Assembly: GCF_000011325.1 (NCBI RefSeq)
Contig: NC_003450.3
Location: 1 to 32,000 of the forward strand
Reading direction: 5' to 3'
Origin: Corynebacterium glutamicum ATCC 13032
GTDB taxonomy: Bacteria > Actinomycetota > Actinomycetes > Mycobacteriales > Mycobacteriaceae
Length of the DNA: 32,000 bases
The first letter of the stretch is position 1, and each line of letters opens with the position of its first letter. This document shows positions 1 through 11,523 of the stretch, in pieces. The translations under genes were made by a program, and so were the position numbers. The notes below the pieces were generated by a model that was given only the letters and a program-made list of their open reading frames with translations, did not search any database and was not told the origin of the DNA.

Positions 1-1575
1 GTGAGCCAGAACTCATCTTCTTTGCTCGAAACCTGGCGCCAAGTTGTTGCCGATCTCACAACTTTGAGCCAGCAAGCGGACAGTGGATTCGACCCATTGA
101 CGCCAACTCAACGTGCATATTTGAACCTGACGAAGCCGATTGCCATCGTCGATGGCTACGCCGTGCTGTCCACACCCAACGCGATGGCAAAAAATGTCAT
201 TGAAAACGATTTGGGCGATGCTTTGACCCGTGTGTTGTCGCTGCGCATGGGCCGATCATTCAGCTTGGCTGTCAGTGTGGAGCCTGAGCAGGAAATTCCA
301 GAAACCCCAGCTCAGCAGGAGTTTAAATATCAGCCTGACGCACCTGTGATCTCTTCCAACAAGGCGCCAAAGCAGTATGAAGTTGGTGGTCGGGGAGAGG
401 CGTCGACAAGCGACGGCTGGGAACGTACCCACTCTGCACCGGCTCCCGAGCCGCACCCGGCACCTATCGCCGATCCTGAGCCAGAGCTGGCCACCCCGCA
501 GCGCATTCCGCGCGAAACCCCAGCTCACAACCCTAATCGGGAAGTGTCCCTCAACCCGAAATACACTTTTGAAAGCTTCGTGATCGGGCCGTTCAACCGT
601 TTCGCCAATGCAGCCGCAGTTGCTGTGGCGGAAAGCCCAGCGAAAGCTTTCAACCCGCTGTTTATTTCCGGCGGTTCCGGCTTGGGCAAAACTCACCTGC
701 TGCACGCAGTAGGAAATTATGCTCAAGAATTGCAGCCTGGCCTGCGGATTAAGTACGTCTCAAGTGAGGAATTCACCAACGACTACATCAACTCCGTGCG
801 AGATGACCGCCAGGAAACCTTCAAGCGCCGCTACCGCAACCTGGATATCCTCATGGTCGATGACATCCAGTTCCTGGCTGGCAAAGAAGGCACCCAGGAA
901 GAGTTCTTCCATACCTTCAACGCATTGCACCAGGCAGATAAGCAAATTATTTTATCCTCGGACCGCCCACCCAAGCAGCTGACCACGCTGGAAGATCGCC
1001 TGCGCACCCGCTTCGAAGGTGGCCTGATTACTGATATTCAGCCACCTGACCTGGAAACTCGCATCGCGATTTTGATGAAGAAGGCCCAAACCGATGGCAC
1101 GCACGTGGATAGGGAAGTCCTCGAGCTCATTGCCAGCCGCTTTGAATCTTCGATCCGTGAATTGGAAGGCGCACTGATTCGTGTGTCTGCCTATTCTTCG
1201 TTGATTAATCAGCCGATCGATAAAGAAATGGCCATCGTGGCGCTGCGCGATATCCTCCCAGAACCTGAGGATATGGAAATCACCGCACCGGTGATCATGG
1301 AGGTCACTGCGGAATATTTTGAAATTTCCGTGGATACACTCCGTGGAGCAGGCAAAACTCGTGCGGTCGCGCATGCACGCCAACTGGCGATGTACCTGTG
1401 CCGCGAGCTCACCGATATGTCATTGCCCAAGATCGGTGATGTGTTCGGCGGAAAAGACCACACAACTGTCATGTACGCGGATCGGAAGATTCGCCAAGAA
1501 ATGACAGAAAAGCGCGATACCTACGATGAAATCCAGCAACTTACCCAGCTGATTAAGTCGCGCGGACGTAACTAA
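1..1575 (+). CDS. dnaA: Chromosomal replication initiator protein DnaA
   Basis: 524-aa ORF with GTG at nt 1. Walker [15 protein letters not shown]+ core, Pro-rich domain II linker, C-terminal DnaA-box-binding region ([11 protein letters not shown]). A DnaA-box cluster follows immediately. Confidence 0.97.
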   Translation: MSQNSSSLLETWRQVVADLTTLSQQADSGFDPLTPTQRAYLNLTKPIAIVDGYAVLSTPNAMAKNVIENDLGDALTRVLSLRMGRSFSLAVSVEPEQEIPETPAQQEFKYQPDAPVISSNKAPKQYEVGGRGEASTSDGWERTHSAPAPEPHPAPIADPEPELATPQRIPRETPAHNPNREVSLNPKYTFESFVIGPFNRFANAAAVAVAESPAKAFNPLFISGGSGLGKTHLLHAVGNYAQELQPGLRIKYVSSEEFTNDYINSVRDDRQETFKRRYRNLDILMVDDIQFLAGKEGTQEEFFHTFNALHQADKQIILSSDRPPKQLTTLEDRLRTRFEGGLITDIQPPDLETRIAILMKKAQTDGTHVDREVLELIASRFESSIRELEGALIRVSAYSSLINQPIDKEMAIVALRDILPEPEDMEITAPVIMEVTAEYFEISVDTLRGAGKTRAVAHARQLAMYLCRELTDMSLPKIGDVFGGKDHTTVMYADRKIRQEMTEKRDTYDEIQQLTQLIKSRGRN

Positions 1576-1625
1576 GACCTGTTTAGCGTGGCGCTAAATT
1601 ACAAAATTTAGCTCTGCTGCTCTTG

Positions 1626-1652
1626 AAGACCCATCTTCGGATGGGTCTTTTT
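1626..1652 (+). terminator. Intrinsic terminator after dnaA
   Basis: Stem AAGACCCATC (1626-1635), loop TTCG, stem GATGGGTCTT (1640-1649), running into a T tract to 1652. Confidence 0.75.
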
Positions 1653-1678
1653 GTAATTTAGGGGTTGTGCAGGGATTT

Positions 1679-2045
1679 TGTGGATAACTTCCGATAAAAG
1701 CCCAGCTCACAAAGTTATCCACAACCTTATTCACAGCAGTGTAATTACAAACTTGTAATTCAGTGAGCTTTGTCACAGGAAATGTGATTCCGCGGAACTT
1801 TCCGCCCTGTGCACAACTCCCCAAAAATTGGGGATAAGCTGGGGATACATCTGCACAGACTGGGGATAAAATCCGTACCTTGAAATCTATCCACAGATAG
1901 ACAAAGTTATCCACAATCAATTCACAACCCAGTTCACACGCCAGAATTCCGCGACTACCTTGTAAAACAATGGTCTATCCACAGTTTCAACAGGACTTAC
2001 TGTTATTACCAATTTTTTACCTAGAAATTAACTAAAAGAAAGAGG
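1679..2045. other. oriC candidate: DnaA-box cluster plus AT-rich stretch
   Basis: Read directly, perfect TTATCCACA boxes (either strand): 1679-1687, 1715-1723, 1907-1915. One-mismatch boxes: 1829-1837 and 1861-1869 (TGGGGATAA), 1887-1895 and 1975-1983 (CTATCCACA). AT-rich run about 2001-2045 (possible DUE). The dnaA-dnaN intergenic position is typical for actinobacterial oriC. Confidence 0.85.
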
Positions 2046-2291
2046 GGGTGGGGAGAAAGCTTCGTGGGTGAGCTCAATGCTCACGAAACTTCAGCGAAAG
2101 CCTCGAGGAAATTGAAATTACAAATTCCAGATCCGCGAGGAACACAGGTAGGTTGGGTTTGTGTAATTCGGACTGAAGCCACCTGGAGGGTGAACCTTCT
2201 TCCAAGAAGTTTTCCCTATCGGTAAACGTCCGGGTTTAGTTAAACGATGAACTATATTTGATCTATATTTCCCAAGGAGCTTTAAAACAGC

Positions 2292-3476
2292 ATGGAGTCA
2301 CAAAACGTGTCCTTCCGTGTGGCCAGGGAAGACCTGGTTACCGCGGTAGCCTGGGTCGCTCGCAACCTGCCCACCAAACCGACTCAGCCGGTACTTCGAG
2401 CCATGCTGATCACTGCCGATGATGAGGGTCTTGAACTCGCCGGTTACGACTACGACGTATCCACCCGAGTTCGCCTCTCAGCTGAGGTTTCTCAGCCAGG
2501 TCGCATCGCAGTAGCCGGCAAGCTGCTGTCTGAAATCACAGGATCTTTGCCCAACAAGCCCGTTGATTTCCGCATCGACGGATCCAAAGCTTTTGTCACT
2601 TGTGGTTCTTCCCGCTTCGAGCTGCCACTGATCCCGCTTGATGATTACCCAATGCTGCCCAAGCTTCCTGCAGGTACCGGTTCCATCAACGCCAAGCTGT
2701 TCACCGAAGCAGTCTCCCAGGTGGCATCCGCTGCAGGTAAAGATGATTCTTTGCCGATGCTCACCGGTGTCAGCATGGAAATCGTGGGCAACCAGATCAA
2801 CTTGGCTGCTACTGACCGTTTCCGCCTGGCGCTGCGCACCTTCGAATGGGAAGCAAACGACCCAGAGCTCAACGTTAAACTGCTGATTCCTGCCCGCACC
2901 CTGCTGGACAACGCGCGTTCTTTGGATTCCGGTCTCAACGATTCCATCGACATCGCTGTCGGTACCGGCGATCAGGTTGGCCGCGAAGGACTATTCGGCG
3001 TTCACACCGATAACCGCGAAACCACCACCAGGCTTCTCGACGCCGATTTCCCCAACATCGCACCACTGCTTCCCAAAGAGCACACCGCGATCGCATCAGT
3101 TGAAATCGCACCGCTGGTCGACGCCATCCGCCGCGTATCCCTGGTGGCAGAACGCAACGCTCAGATCGTCTTGCACTTCAGCGAAGGCCAGGTCATCTTG
3201 ACTGCAGGCGCAACCGAGGCAGGCCACGCGGAAGAAACCCTGCCGTGTGCATTCACCGGCAAGGAACTGACCATCGCGTTCAACCCTGGCTACCTGAAGG
3301 ATGGACTTTCTGTAGTTCCAACTTCTCGAGCAGTCTTCGGATTCACTGAGCCTTCCCGCCCAGCGATCATGATCCCAGAGCCTGAAGAAATGCCTTCCGC
3401 CAACGAAAATGGCATTTTCCAAACTCCGGACACCTATTTCACCTACCTGCTCATGCCAGTGCGCCTGCCAGGCTAA
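2292..3476 (+). CDS. dnaN: DNA polymerase III beta sliding clamp
   Basis: 394-aa ORF with AAGGAG SD upstream. Typical beta-clamp sequence (ATDRFRLA, LLMPVRL C-terminus). Position is dnaA-oriC-dnaN. Confidence 0.96.
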   Translation: MESQNVSFRVAREDLVTAVAWVARNLPTKPTQPVLRAMLITADDEGLELAGYDYDVSTRVRLSAEVSQPGRIAVAGKLLSEITGSLPNKPVDFRIDGSKAFVTCGSSRFELPLIPLDDYPMLPKLPAGTGSINAKLFTEAVSQVASAAGKDDSLPMLTGVSMEIVGNQINLAATDRFRLALRTFEWEANDPELNVKLLIPARTLLDNARSLDSGLNDSIDIAVGTGDQVGREGLFGVHTDNRETTTRLLDADFPNIAPLLPKEHTAIASVEIAPLVDAIRRVSLVAERNAQIVLHFSEGQVILTAGATEAGHAEETLPCAFTGKELTIAFNPGYLKDGLSVVPTSRAVFGFTEPSRPAIMIPEPEEMPSANENGIFQTPDTYFTYLLMPVRLPG

Positions 3477-3498
3477 ACACAAAAGTTTCACCCTTTTC

Positions 3499-3540
3499 GC
3501 GCCTGACTTTGTACACTTTTCAACCGACAAAGTCAGGCGC
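3499..3540 (+). other. Perfect 14-bp-stem hairpin between dnaN and recF (possible attenuator/terminator, no U tract)
   Basis: GCGCCTGACTTTGT (3499-3512) and ACAAAGTCAGGCGC (3527-3540) with a 14-nt loop. Followed by TTATCCAAT (3542-3550), a 7/9 DnaA-box-like word. Confidence 0.5.
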
Positions 3541-3584
3541 GTTATCCAATCCACTTCCCACCGACTAAAAGGAGGTCAGACCCG

Positions 3585-4769
3585 ATGCACATCCGTTCTT
3601 TGGAATTACGTGATTACCGTTCCTGGCCTGAACTCAAAGTGGATTTGGAACCTGGAATTACAGTTTTTATCGGCCGCAACGGTTTTGGTAAAACCAACAT
3701 CGTCGAGGCCATCGGCTATCTTGCGCATTTGTCATCGCATCGGGTGTCCTCTGATGCGCCATTGGTGCGGGCGCACGCTGAAAACGCCCGAGTTTCGGCG
3801 GTTGCTGTTAATCAAGGCCGAGAATTGGCAGCTCACTTGCTGATCAAACCCCATGCTGCGAATCAGGCAAGTTTGAATCGCACAAAAGTCAGGACTCCCC
3901 GGGAGCTGCTTGGTGTGGTGAAAACGGTGCTGTTTGCGCCGGAAGATTTGGCATTAGTCAAAGGCGAGCCAGCAGAACGTCGCCGCTATTTAGATGACAT
4001 TATTGCCACTCGCCAGCCTCGGATGGCGGGGGTCAAGGCCGACTACGACAAGGTGCTGAAACAAAGGAACGCCCTGCTCAAGACCGCCACCATTGCGCTT
4101 CGTCGAGGTTACGGCACCGAGGAAGGCGCAGCTGCGCTGAGTACTTTGGATACCTGGGATGGCCAGTTGGCACGCCTGGGTGCTGAAGTGATGGCAGCCA
4201 GATTTGCCCTGCTCAATGAGTTGGGGCCGAAAATCTATGAGGCTTACACCACGATCGCCCCGGAATCCCGGCCAGCTGCGGTGAATTACAAAACCACCAT
4301 CGATCAAGGCCTGTCGCAGTTTTCCGAATTCGATGCCGGCATCATCGAAGCCACGCTGCTGACAGAATTGGCAGCGAAACGTCAACGAGAAATCGAACGC
4401 GGCTCAAGCCTGGTCGGCCCCCACCGCGATGATGTCGATTTAATGCTCGGCGATCAGCCCGCCAAAGGCTTTGCCAGCCACGGCGAGACCTGGTCTTTCG
4501 CGCTTTCACTGCGAATTGCAGAATTTAACCTGCTGAAATCCGATGGCACCGACCCGATCCTCATCTTGGATGATGTGTTTTCCGAGCTCGACGCCGGCCG
4601 TCGCGAAAAACTCGTGGGCATAGCGCAAGAGGTGGAACAGGTGCTCATCACCGCTGCAGTCCACGACGATCTGCCGGAGAATCTCAAGAAAGTGCTCACT
4701 GCGCAGCACACCGTCACCGTCCAAGACACCGGCACCGGGCGGATTTCACTCCTGGATGTGCAACCATGA
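3585..4769 (+). CDS. recF: DNA replication and repair protein RecF
   Basis: 394-aa ORF with AAAGGAGG SD. Walker [13 protein letters not shown]-like signature and Walker B region ([12 protein letters not shown]). Confidence 0.95.
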
Positions 4770-5302
4770 CAGATCCAATTGAGCAGGCATTTGAACGCAT
4801 CCGCGCCGAAGCCATGCGCAGAAATGGATCCGTTCCCGACCTCAATAAAAACGATGCTTTTCGACGCCCACCTGCGCCGAAAGGGGGCGTCGAAAAGCGC
4901 AAAAAAGGCCGTGCAAGCGGCCTAGACGGCCGCCAGAAACGATATGTGCGCGGCGCGGAGTCGCTGGGATCGGTGCTGAACAAGGAAATTCAGCGTCGTG
5001 GCTGGGGCAAAGACATTGCCGGCGGTTGGGTGACGTCCAACTGGGAAGAGCTTGTTGGCGCGAAGATTGCGCAGCATACGCGCGTGGAAATGATCAAAGA
5101 TAAGAAGCTTTTTATCACTTGTGATTCCACAGCGTGGGCCACCAATCTGCGCATGATGCAGCGGCAAATCCTGCAGGTAATCGCTGAAAAAGTGGGTCCA
5201 AATATTATTACAGAGCTGCGTATTTTTGGGCCTCAGGCCCCAAGCTGGCGCAAGGGGCCGTTGCACGTAAAAGGACGCGGTCCGAGAGACACATACGGAT
5301 AG
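4766..5302 (+). CDS. DUF721-domain protein (DciA-like, the conserved actinobacterial gene between recF and gyrB)
   Basis: 178-aa ORF whose ATG overlaps the recF stop (ATGA). Basic N-terminus and C-terminal DUF721-like block ([24 protein letters not shown]). Synteny with Rv0004 of M. tuberculosis, from memory. Confidence 0.8.
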
Positions 5303-7489
<2,187 letters not shown>

Positions 7490-7501
7490 AGCGCCTTACT
7501 T

Positions 7502-7533
7502 AACCCGCCCCTGGAATTCTGGGGGCGGGTTTT
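7502..7533 (+). terminator. Intrinsic terminator after gyrB
   Basis: AACCCGCCCC (7502-7511) and GGGGCGGGTT (7522-7531), followed by a T run. Confidence 0.85.
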
Positions 7534-7612
7534 GTGATTTTTAGGGTCAGCACTTTATAAATGCAGGCTTCTATGGCTTCAAGTTGGCCAATACGTGGGG
7601 TTGATTTTTTAA

Positions 7613-7744
7613 AACCAGACTGGCGTGCCCAAGAGCTGAACTTTCGCTAGTCATGGGCATTCCTGGCCGGTTTCTTGGCCTTCAAACCGGACAGGAATGC
7701 CCAAGTTAACGGAAAAACCGAAAGAGGGGCACGCCAGTCTGGTT
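7613..7744. repeat. 132-bp nested palindromic element
   Basis: Outer perfect 18-bp inverted repeat AACCAGACTGGCGTGCCC (7613-7630) / GGGCACGCCAGTCTGGTT (7727-7744). Inner 19-bp inverted repeat 7655-7673 / 7684-7702 with one mismatch. The two internal segments between the stems are 24 nt each. Confidence 0.8.
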
Positions 7745-7883
7745 CTCCCAAACTCAGGACAAATCCTGCCTCGGCGCCTGCGAAAAGTGCCCTCTCCTAA
7801 ATCGTTTCTAAGGGCTCGTCAGACCCCAGTTGATACAAACATACATTCTGAAAATTCAGTCGCTTAAATGGGCGCAGCGGGAA

Positions 7884-8798
7884 ATGCTGAAAACTACATT
7901 AATCACCGATACCCTAGGGCACGTGACCTCTACTGAACCCACCACCACAGCCCATGTTCCACTACCTGATGGATCTTCCACTCCAGTCCAAATTTGGGCG
8001 TCAGATAACAAAGACTCCCAACTGGTGATGCTGTGGCCAGGTTTCGGCATGGGTGGCTATTACTATCGTCCGCTTGCGGCAGCGCTAAATAAAGCTGGAT
8101 TCCATGTGGCGATTGGTGAACTTCGTGGTCAGGGGCAAAGTTCCGCGAAGGCTTCTCGGAAAAGTCAGTGGGGATACCATGATCTCGCATCGGTAGATTT
8201 TCCGCTGCAGATTGCCGCTGCGAAAAAGGCGCTTGACCTGGAGGAAGGCCATCCCATGAGGTTTTTGTCGCATTCGATGGGTGGGCAGATTTCTTGTCTT
8301 TTCGCAGCGAGGCCGGAGGCTGAGAAATATAATCTTCGGGCGATTTTCGGGGTGGGTGCAGGGTCGCCGTTTAGGCCTACGTTTAGTCCGAAAATGGGGA
8401 AGCGTTTGGGATTGGGTGCGGTGCTGCTTGGTGGGATTGGTGGCCACATTGTGGGATTTTGGCCCGGCAAAGTTTTAGGAAAAGACCTGGTGGGTTATGG
8501 CCGACAATCGGGAACTCACATGAGGGAATGGCGTCGATTCCATAAGCACAATTCTTTGGACGATCTCACCGCGCAGGACATCAACTATGTGGAGGTGATG
8601 AAGAAGGTGAGCATTCCTATTACTTTTAGTCGTTGTCCTGATGATGAGGACTGCCCGCAGGCATCGATTGATGGGTTGGCGAGTTTTGTTCCCGCAGCGC
8701 AGATCAAAATGATAGAAATTCCAGAAGCCCTGGGACATAACCGGTGGGCTCGGGAACCTGAATCAACAGTGAAACTCTTCCTGGAACAAGCTCTTTAG
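7884..8798 (+). CDS. Alpha/beta-fold hydrolase
   Basis: ORF is open from 7830. ATG at 7884 is the first Met. Nucleophile elbow HSMGG and a typical LWPGFGMGG ... RGQGQS N-terminal layout. Start is uncertain. Confidence 0.75.
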   Translation: MLKTTLITDTLGHVTSTEPTTTAHVPLPDGSSTPVQIWASDNKDSQLVMLWPGFGMGGYYYRPLAAALNKAGFHVAIGELRGQGQSSAKASRKSQWGYHDLASVDFPLQIAAAKKALDLEEGHPMRFLSHSMGGQISCLFAARPEAEKYNLRAIFGVGAGSPFRPTFSPKMGKRLGLGAVLLGGIGGHIVGFWPGKVLGKDLVGYGRQSGTHMREWRRFHKHNSLDDLTAQDINYVEVMKKVSIPITFSRCPDDEDCPQASIDGLASFVPAAQIKMIEIPEALGHNRWAREPESTVKLFLEQAL

Positions 8799-9466
8799 TG
8801 ACCGATGGAGCGGAGGTAGAGTTTGCGCCACTGGCGGACGAAGAATCCGATGAAAAACGCCGCGAACACTGTTCCTTCGCGCACGCCAATAAGTCCACCC
8901 ATGGTGATCCAGGACAAAATGGCAGCGACGGAGACGAAAGTCCAGTCGACGATTTGTTTCATGGTGCCAAATTCCACGTTGGGAAATTTCTTCACCAGCG
9001 CAGAGACAATGCCTTCACCAGCGATGAAAGTGATGTTGGGGAGTACTTGAATAAAAACTCCGATCGACATCAAAATGGTGGACACAATAACCCAGATCCA
9101 GGCCACAAAATAATTGTCAGTTTGCGCCCAGGTGGTTAGTTGCAGGCTTAAATCACAAAGAAACCCAAAGAGGAATGCCCACAGGATTTGGACTAACATT
9201 TGTGGTTTGAACTGGGAACGCAGCACAATTATTTGGCACAGAATCATGAAGCCATTGAAGTAAATTGTGGTCCAGCCCAGGGATAATCCGCTGGCAGCAG
9301 TCCACACCACGGGAAGTGATGAAATTGTGGTGGTTCCTAGTCCTGCGTGGACGGTGATGCCGATGGCGAAGGACATAATAAAGATCCCGACAAAGAACAT
9401 CGCCCATCTGGTGGGGAGGGAGAATCTTTGTGCGGGATCTAAAGGTTTCTTATTAGGGTTGCTCAC
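8795..9466 (-). CDS. Integral membrane protein, YczE/YitT-like (function unknown)
   Basis: 223-aa ORF with GTG start and about 6 hydrophobic segments. The N-terminal pattern (FFVGIFIMSFAIGITVHAGLG) resembles the YczE family from memory. Its stop overlaps the convergent hydrolase stop. Confidence 0.7.
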   Translation of the reverse strand: MSNPNKKPLDPAQRFSLPTRWAMFFVGIFIMSFAIGITVHAGLGTTTISSLPVVWTAASGLSLGWTTIYFNGFMILCQIIVLRSQFKPQMLVQILWAFLFGFLCDLSLQLTTWAQTDNYFVAWIWVIVSTILMSIGVFIQVLPNITFIAGEGIVSALVKKFPNVEFGTMKQIVDWTFVSVAAILSWITMGGLIGVREGTVFAAFFIGFFVRQWRKLYLRSIGH

Positions 9467-9470
9467 CTAA

Positions 9471-9914
9471 TTATTGTGCGTTCTTTTCGATCAACTGGCC
9501 AATTGCAGGAAGTTCCTGCTCGATTACTTTGGCAGCCTTGCCGCGCACGCCCTTGTAGACCTTGCCAAGTCCTGGAACGTTGATGCTCTCTGCGTTTTTG
9601 TCAGCAACGCTGAGAATCGCGTCGAGTGCGGTGGAGCTGTTGGCCTCGAGGTGGGCGCCGAAATCTGCGGCGGTGCCACCATTTTGGTATTCCTGCCAGA
9701 GTCCGTCGAGGGAGTCAGCGATTTCCGGGAGGAGGCGCCTGGAGCCTTTGGCTACGATGTCGGAGTCGATCTTGGTTGCAGCACCCATTGCGCCTTTGAG
9801 TGCGATGCCGCTGATGCCGGATTGCTTGCCCACGGTTTCTTCGATAAATGCTGACATATCTGCAATTGCTGCGTCGGCATTGGTGGAAACAAGTAAGTCC
9901 CTGAGTGAAGTCAT
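9471..9914 (-). CDS. Hypothetical soluble protein
   Basis: 147-aa ORF, 4 nt upstream of the membrane-protein gene on the same strand (likely co-transcribed). Coding-like codon usage. I recognise no motif. Confidence 0.6.
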   Translation of the reverse strand: MTSLRDLLVSTNADAAIADMSAFIEETVGKQSGISGIALKGAMGAATKIDSDIVAKGSRRLLPEIADSLDGLWQEYQNGGTAADFGAHLEANSSTALDAILSVADKNAESINVPGLGKVYKGVRGKAAKVIEQELPAIGQLIEKNAQ

Positions 9915-10103
9915 GTTCTACATCTTAAGTGAAATGAGAAAAGACCGGCGTTCGACGCTTCGTTTAAGCGGACGCACGGTCATTCTCTTGAAAAAGCGTT
10001 GCAACCCTTCCTCCACAGAAACTGAAAACCACATCAGTCACTGCAATCACAACAGTCACAAAGCTTACATTTAGTAATATCGGCCCCGCAACATGGGTGG
10101 TAA

Positions 10104-11177
10104 TTACACAAATGCCAACGGATCTTGACGGATCGGATGCAGCGCCACCTGGATGGCCGCGGTGCGGAGAATGTAGGCGTCTGCGCGTTGGATTCTCAGT
10201 TGGCTGCCGGTGTTTGCTCGGAGCTGGGTCACCACAATGCGAAGAGTTTCCGGATCCAGGGTGAAGGCTTCGCCGGCGAAGACGACGGCTTCGGGGTCGA
10301 CAACATCAACGGCGGTGGTTACGGCGTCGGCAAGTTTGTGGGCGCGCTCGTTGAGGATCTGTCGTGCAAGCGGGTTGGTGTGGGAGAGTTGGACTAAATC
10401 GGAGAAAGTTGTTGGTGTGAGTCCACGTCGAAAAGCATCTTTTAAGGTATTTGTATTTCCGAACGCCGTCGGCGTGCGGCCGCTGTTGGGGCGGTGGACA
10501 GCGCCGTTGAAAATCCAGGCGTGGGAGACCATTTCGCGGGCGTAGAAATACAGCGTGGACTGCGTGGATTGGGTCAGTGGCGCGTTGATAATTTCCGAAC
10601 CGGCCATCGCCGCAACACCTGATCCGATGGTGGCGGGGAAGGGGAGGTGTGCCCCAATTTCCACCTCTGACCAGCCATAATCTTCGGAAGTGACGGTTCC
10701 GTTGGCGCTTAAGTGGGCAGATAATGCCACGCCCACATTGCGGGGCTCGGGCAAGCCGGCGCTCAATGTTTGTAACCTATGTGCGACAAAATTCAGCGTT
10801 TCCGACGGCGTGGAGTGTGAAACTTCATGGTCCACGCGCTCATACCTAATCACTCGGCCGGCTAAATCGCACACCGCAAAATCCGTGCTGCGCAGGCCAA
10901 TGTGCACTCCCCAGGCGGTGAGATGGCGGCCGTCGATGCCTAATTTTGTGCGCGGTCGCCCCGAGCGCGCCCCGGAATCCACTCGGGTTTCCTCCACGAG
11001 ACCTGCATCAATAAGCGCTGACACATGCCGCGTGATGCCAGCTTGGGAGAGTTCAAGATCGCGTTGCAGAGAGGTGCGATCGGCGTCTGTGGCGCGAATT
11101 TGATGAAATACGCGCGCGACGGGTAGGTGGGGGGCGGTGATGTGAATGGGGAGTGTTCGCTGTGCAAGCATGAACAC
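10104..11177 (-). CDS. ssuR: ROK-family transcriptional regulator (sulfonate-utilisation regulator SsuR-like)
   Basis: 357-aa ORF with an N-terminal winged HTH (SLQRDLELSQAGITRHVSALIDAGLV) plus a ROK sugar-kinase-like fold. Two TAGAC-N6-GTCTA (McbR-type) boxes lie upstream. Position between gyrB and gyrA matches my memory of C. glutamicum ssuR. Confidence 0.75.
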   Translation of the reverse strand: MFMLAQRTLPIHITAPHLPVARVFHQIRATDADRTSLQRDLELSQAGITRHVSALIDAGLVEETRVDSGARSGRPRTKLGIDGRHLTAWGVHIGLRSTDFAVCDLAGRVIRYERVDHEVSHSTPSETLNFVAHRLQTLSAGLPEPRNVGVALSAHLSANGTVTSEDYGWSEVEIGAHLPFPATIGSGVAAMAGSEIINAPLTQSTQSTLYFYAREMVSHAWIFNGAVHRPNSGRTPTAFGNTNTLKDAFRRGLTPTTFSDLVQLSHTNPLARQILNERAHKLADAVTTAVDVVDPEAVVFAGEAFTLDPETLRIVVTQLRANTGSQLRIQRADAYILRTAAIQVALHPIRQDPLAFV

Positions 11178-11181
11178 ATGT

Positions 11182-11197
11182 TAGACCGTATGGTCTA
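11182..11197. promoter_or_regulatory. McbR-type operator TAGAC-N6-GTCTA (box 1)
   Basis: TAGACCGTATGGTCTA, 5 nt upstream of the ssuR-like start codon. Matches the published McbR consensus TAGAC-N6-GTCTA. Confidence 0.7.
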
Positions 11198-11246
11198 TTT
11201 GGGAATAGTTTAGATTCAAGAATTTAGCTGCGAAAACGTGAACAAA

Positions 11247-11262
11247 TAGACCGTTCAGTCTA
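11247..11262. promoter_or_regulatory. McbR-type operator TAGAC-N6-GTCTA (box 2)
   Basis: TAGACCGTTCAGTCTA inside a perfect 11-bp inverted repeat, AACAAATAGAC (11241-11251) / GTCTATTTGTT (11258-11268). Overlaps the stop codon of the 87-aa gene. Confidence 0.65.
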
Positions 11263-11523
11263 TTTGTTGATCTCTAAAAGTACTCTCTGGGTGACTGCCG
11301 CGAAGGTCTCGTTTCGACCACTCAATGGCTTTAATGCTCTGATCATTTCAGAAACTTTTCCTGCCATCGCCTCAGCTGATCCAAAAACGCGCACGCCGTG
11401 GAAGTTGGCCGTGCTTACTGCTGCGGCGGCTGCAAGCGCTGCGAAATCCCGCACCACAACGCCGTGTTCCGCGCACACCTCATCGGCGATGGCCAGCACA
11501 TTTTCCGCGCTTAAGCCCTTCAT
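11260..11523 (-). CDS. Doc/Fic-like protein, truncated and with a degenerate active-site motif
   Basis: 87-aa ORF overlapping the upstream RHH gene by 4 nt. The layout LSAENVLAIADEV...VVVRDFAALAAA...GNxxT resembles the N-terminal two thirds of Doc toxins. The HxFx(D/E)GNKR motif reads LKPLSGRNET (no His), and the protein ends where Doc proteins continue for about 35 aa. Confidence 0.5.
   Translation of the reverse strand: MKGLSAENVLAIADEVCAEHGVVVRDFAALAAAAAVSTANFHGVRVFGSAEAMAGKVSEMIRALKPLSGRNETFAAVTQRVLLEINK

Noticed and set aside
7613-7744. Calling the nested palindrome a MITE
   Set aside because: No target-site duplication is visible at the ends and copy number cannot be assessed here. 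It is kept only as a descriptive palindromic element.
8795-8798. Overlapping convergent stop codons (TTAG) of the hydrolase and membrane-protein genes
   Set aside because: This is real, but it is a common outcome of compact convergent genes with no sign of special function.
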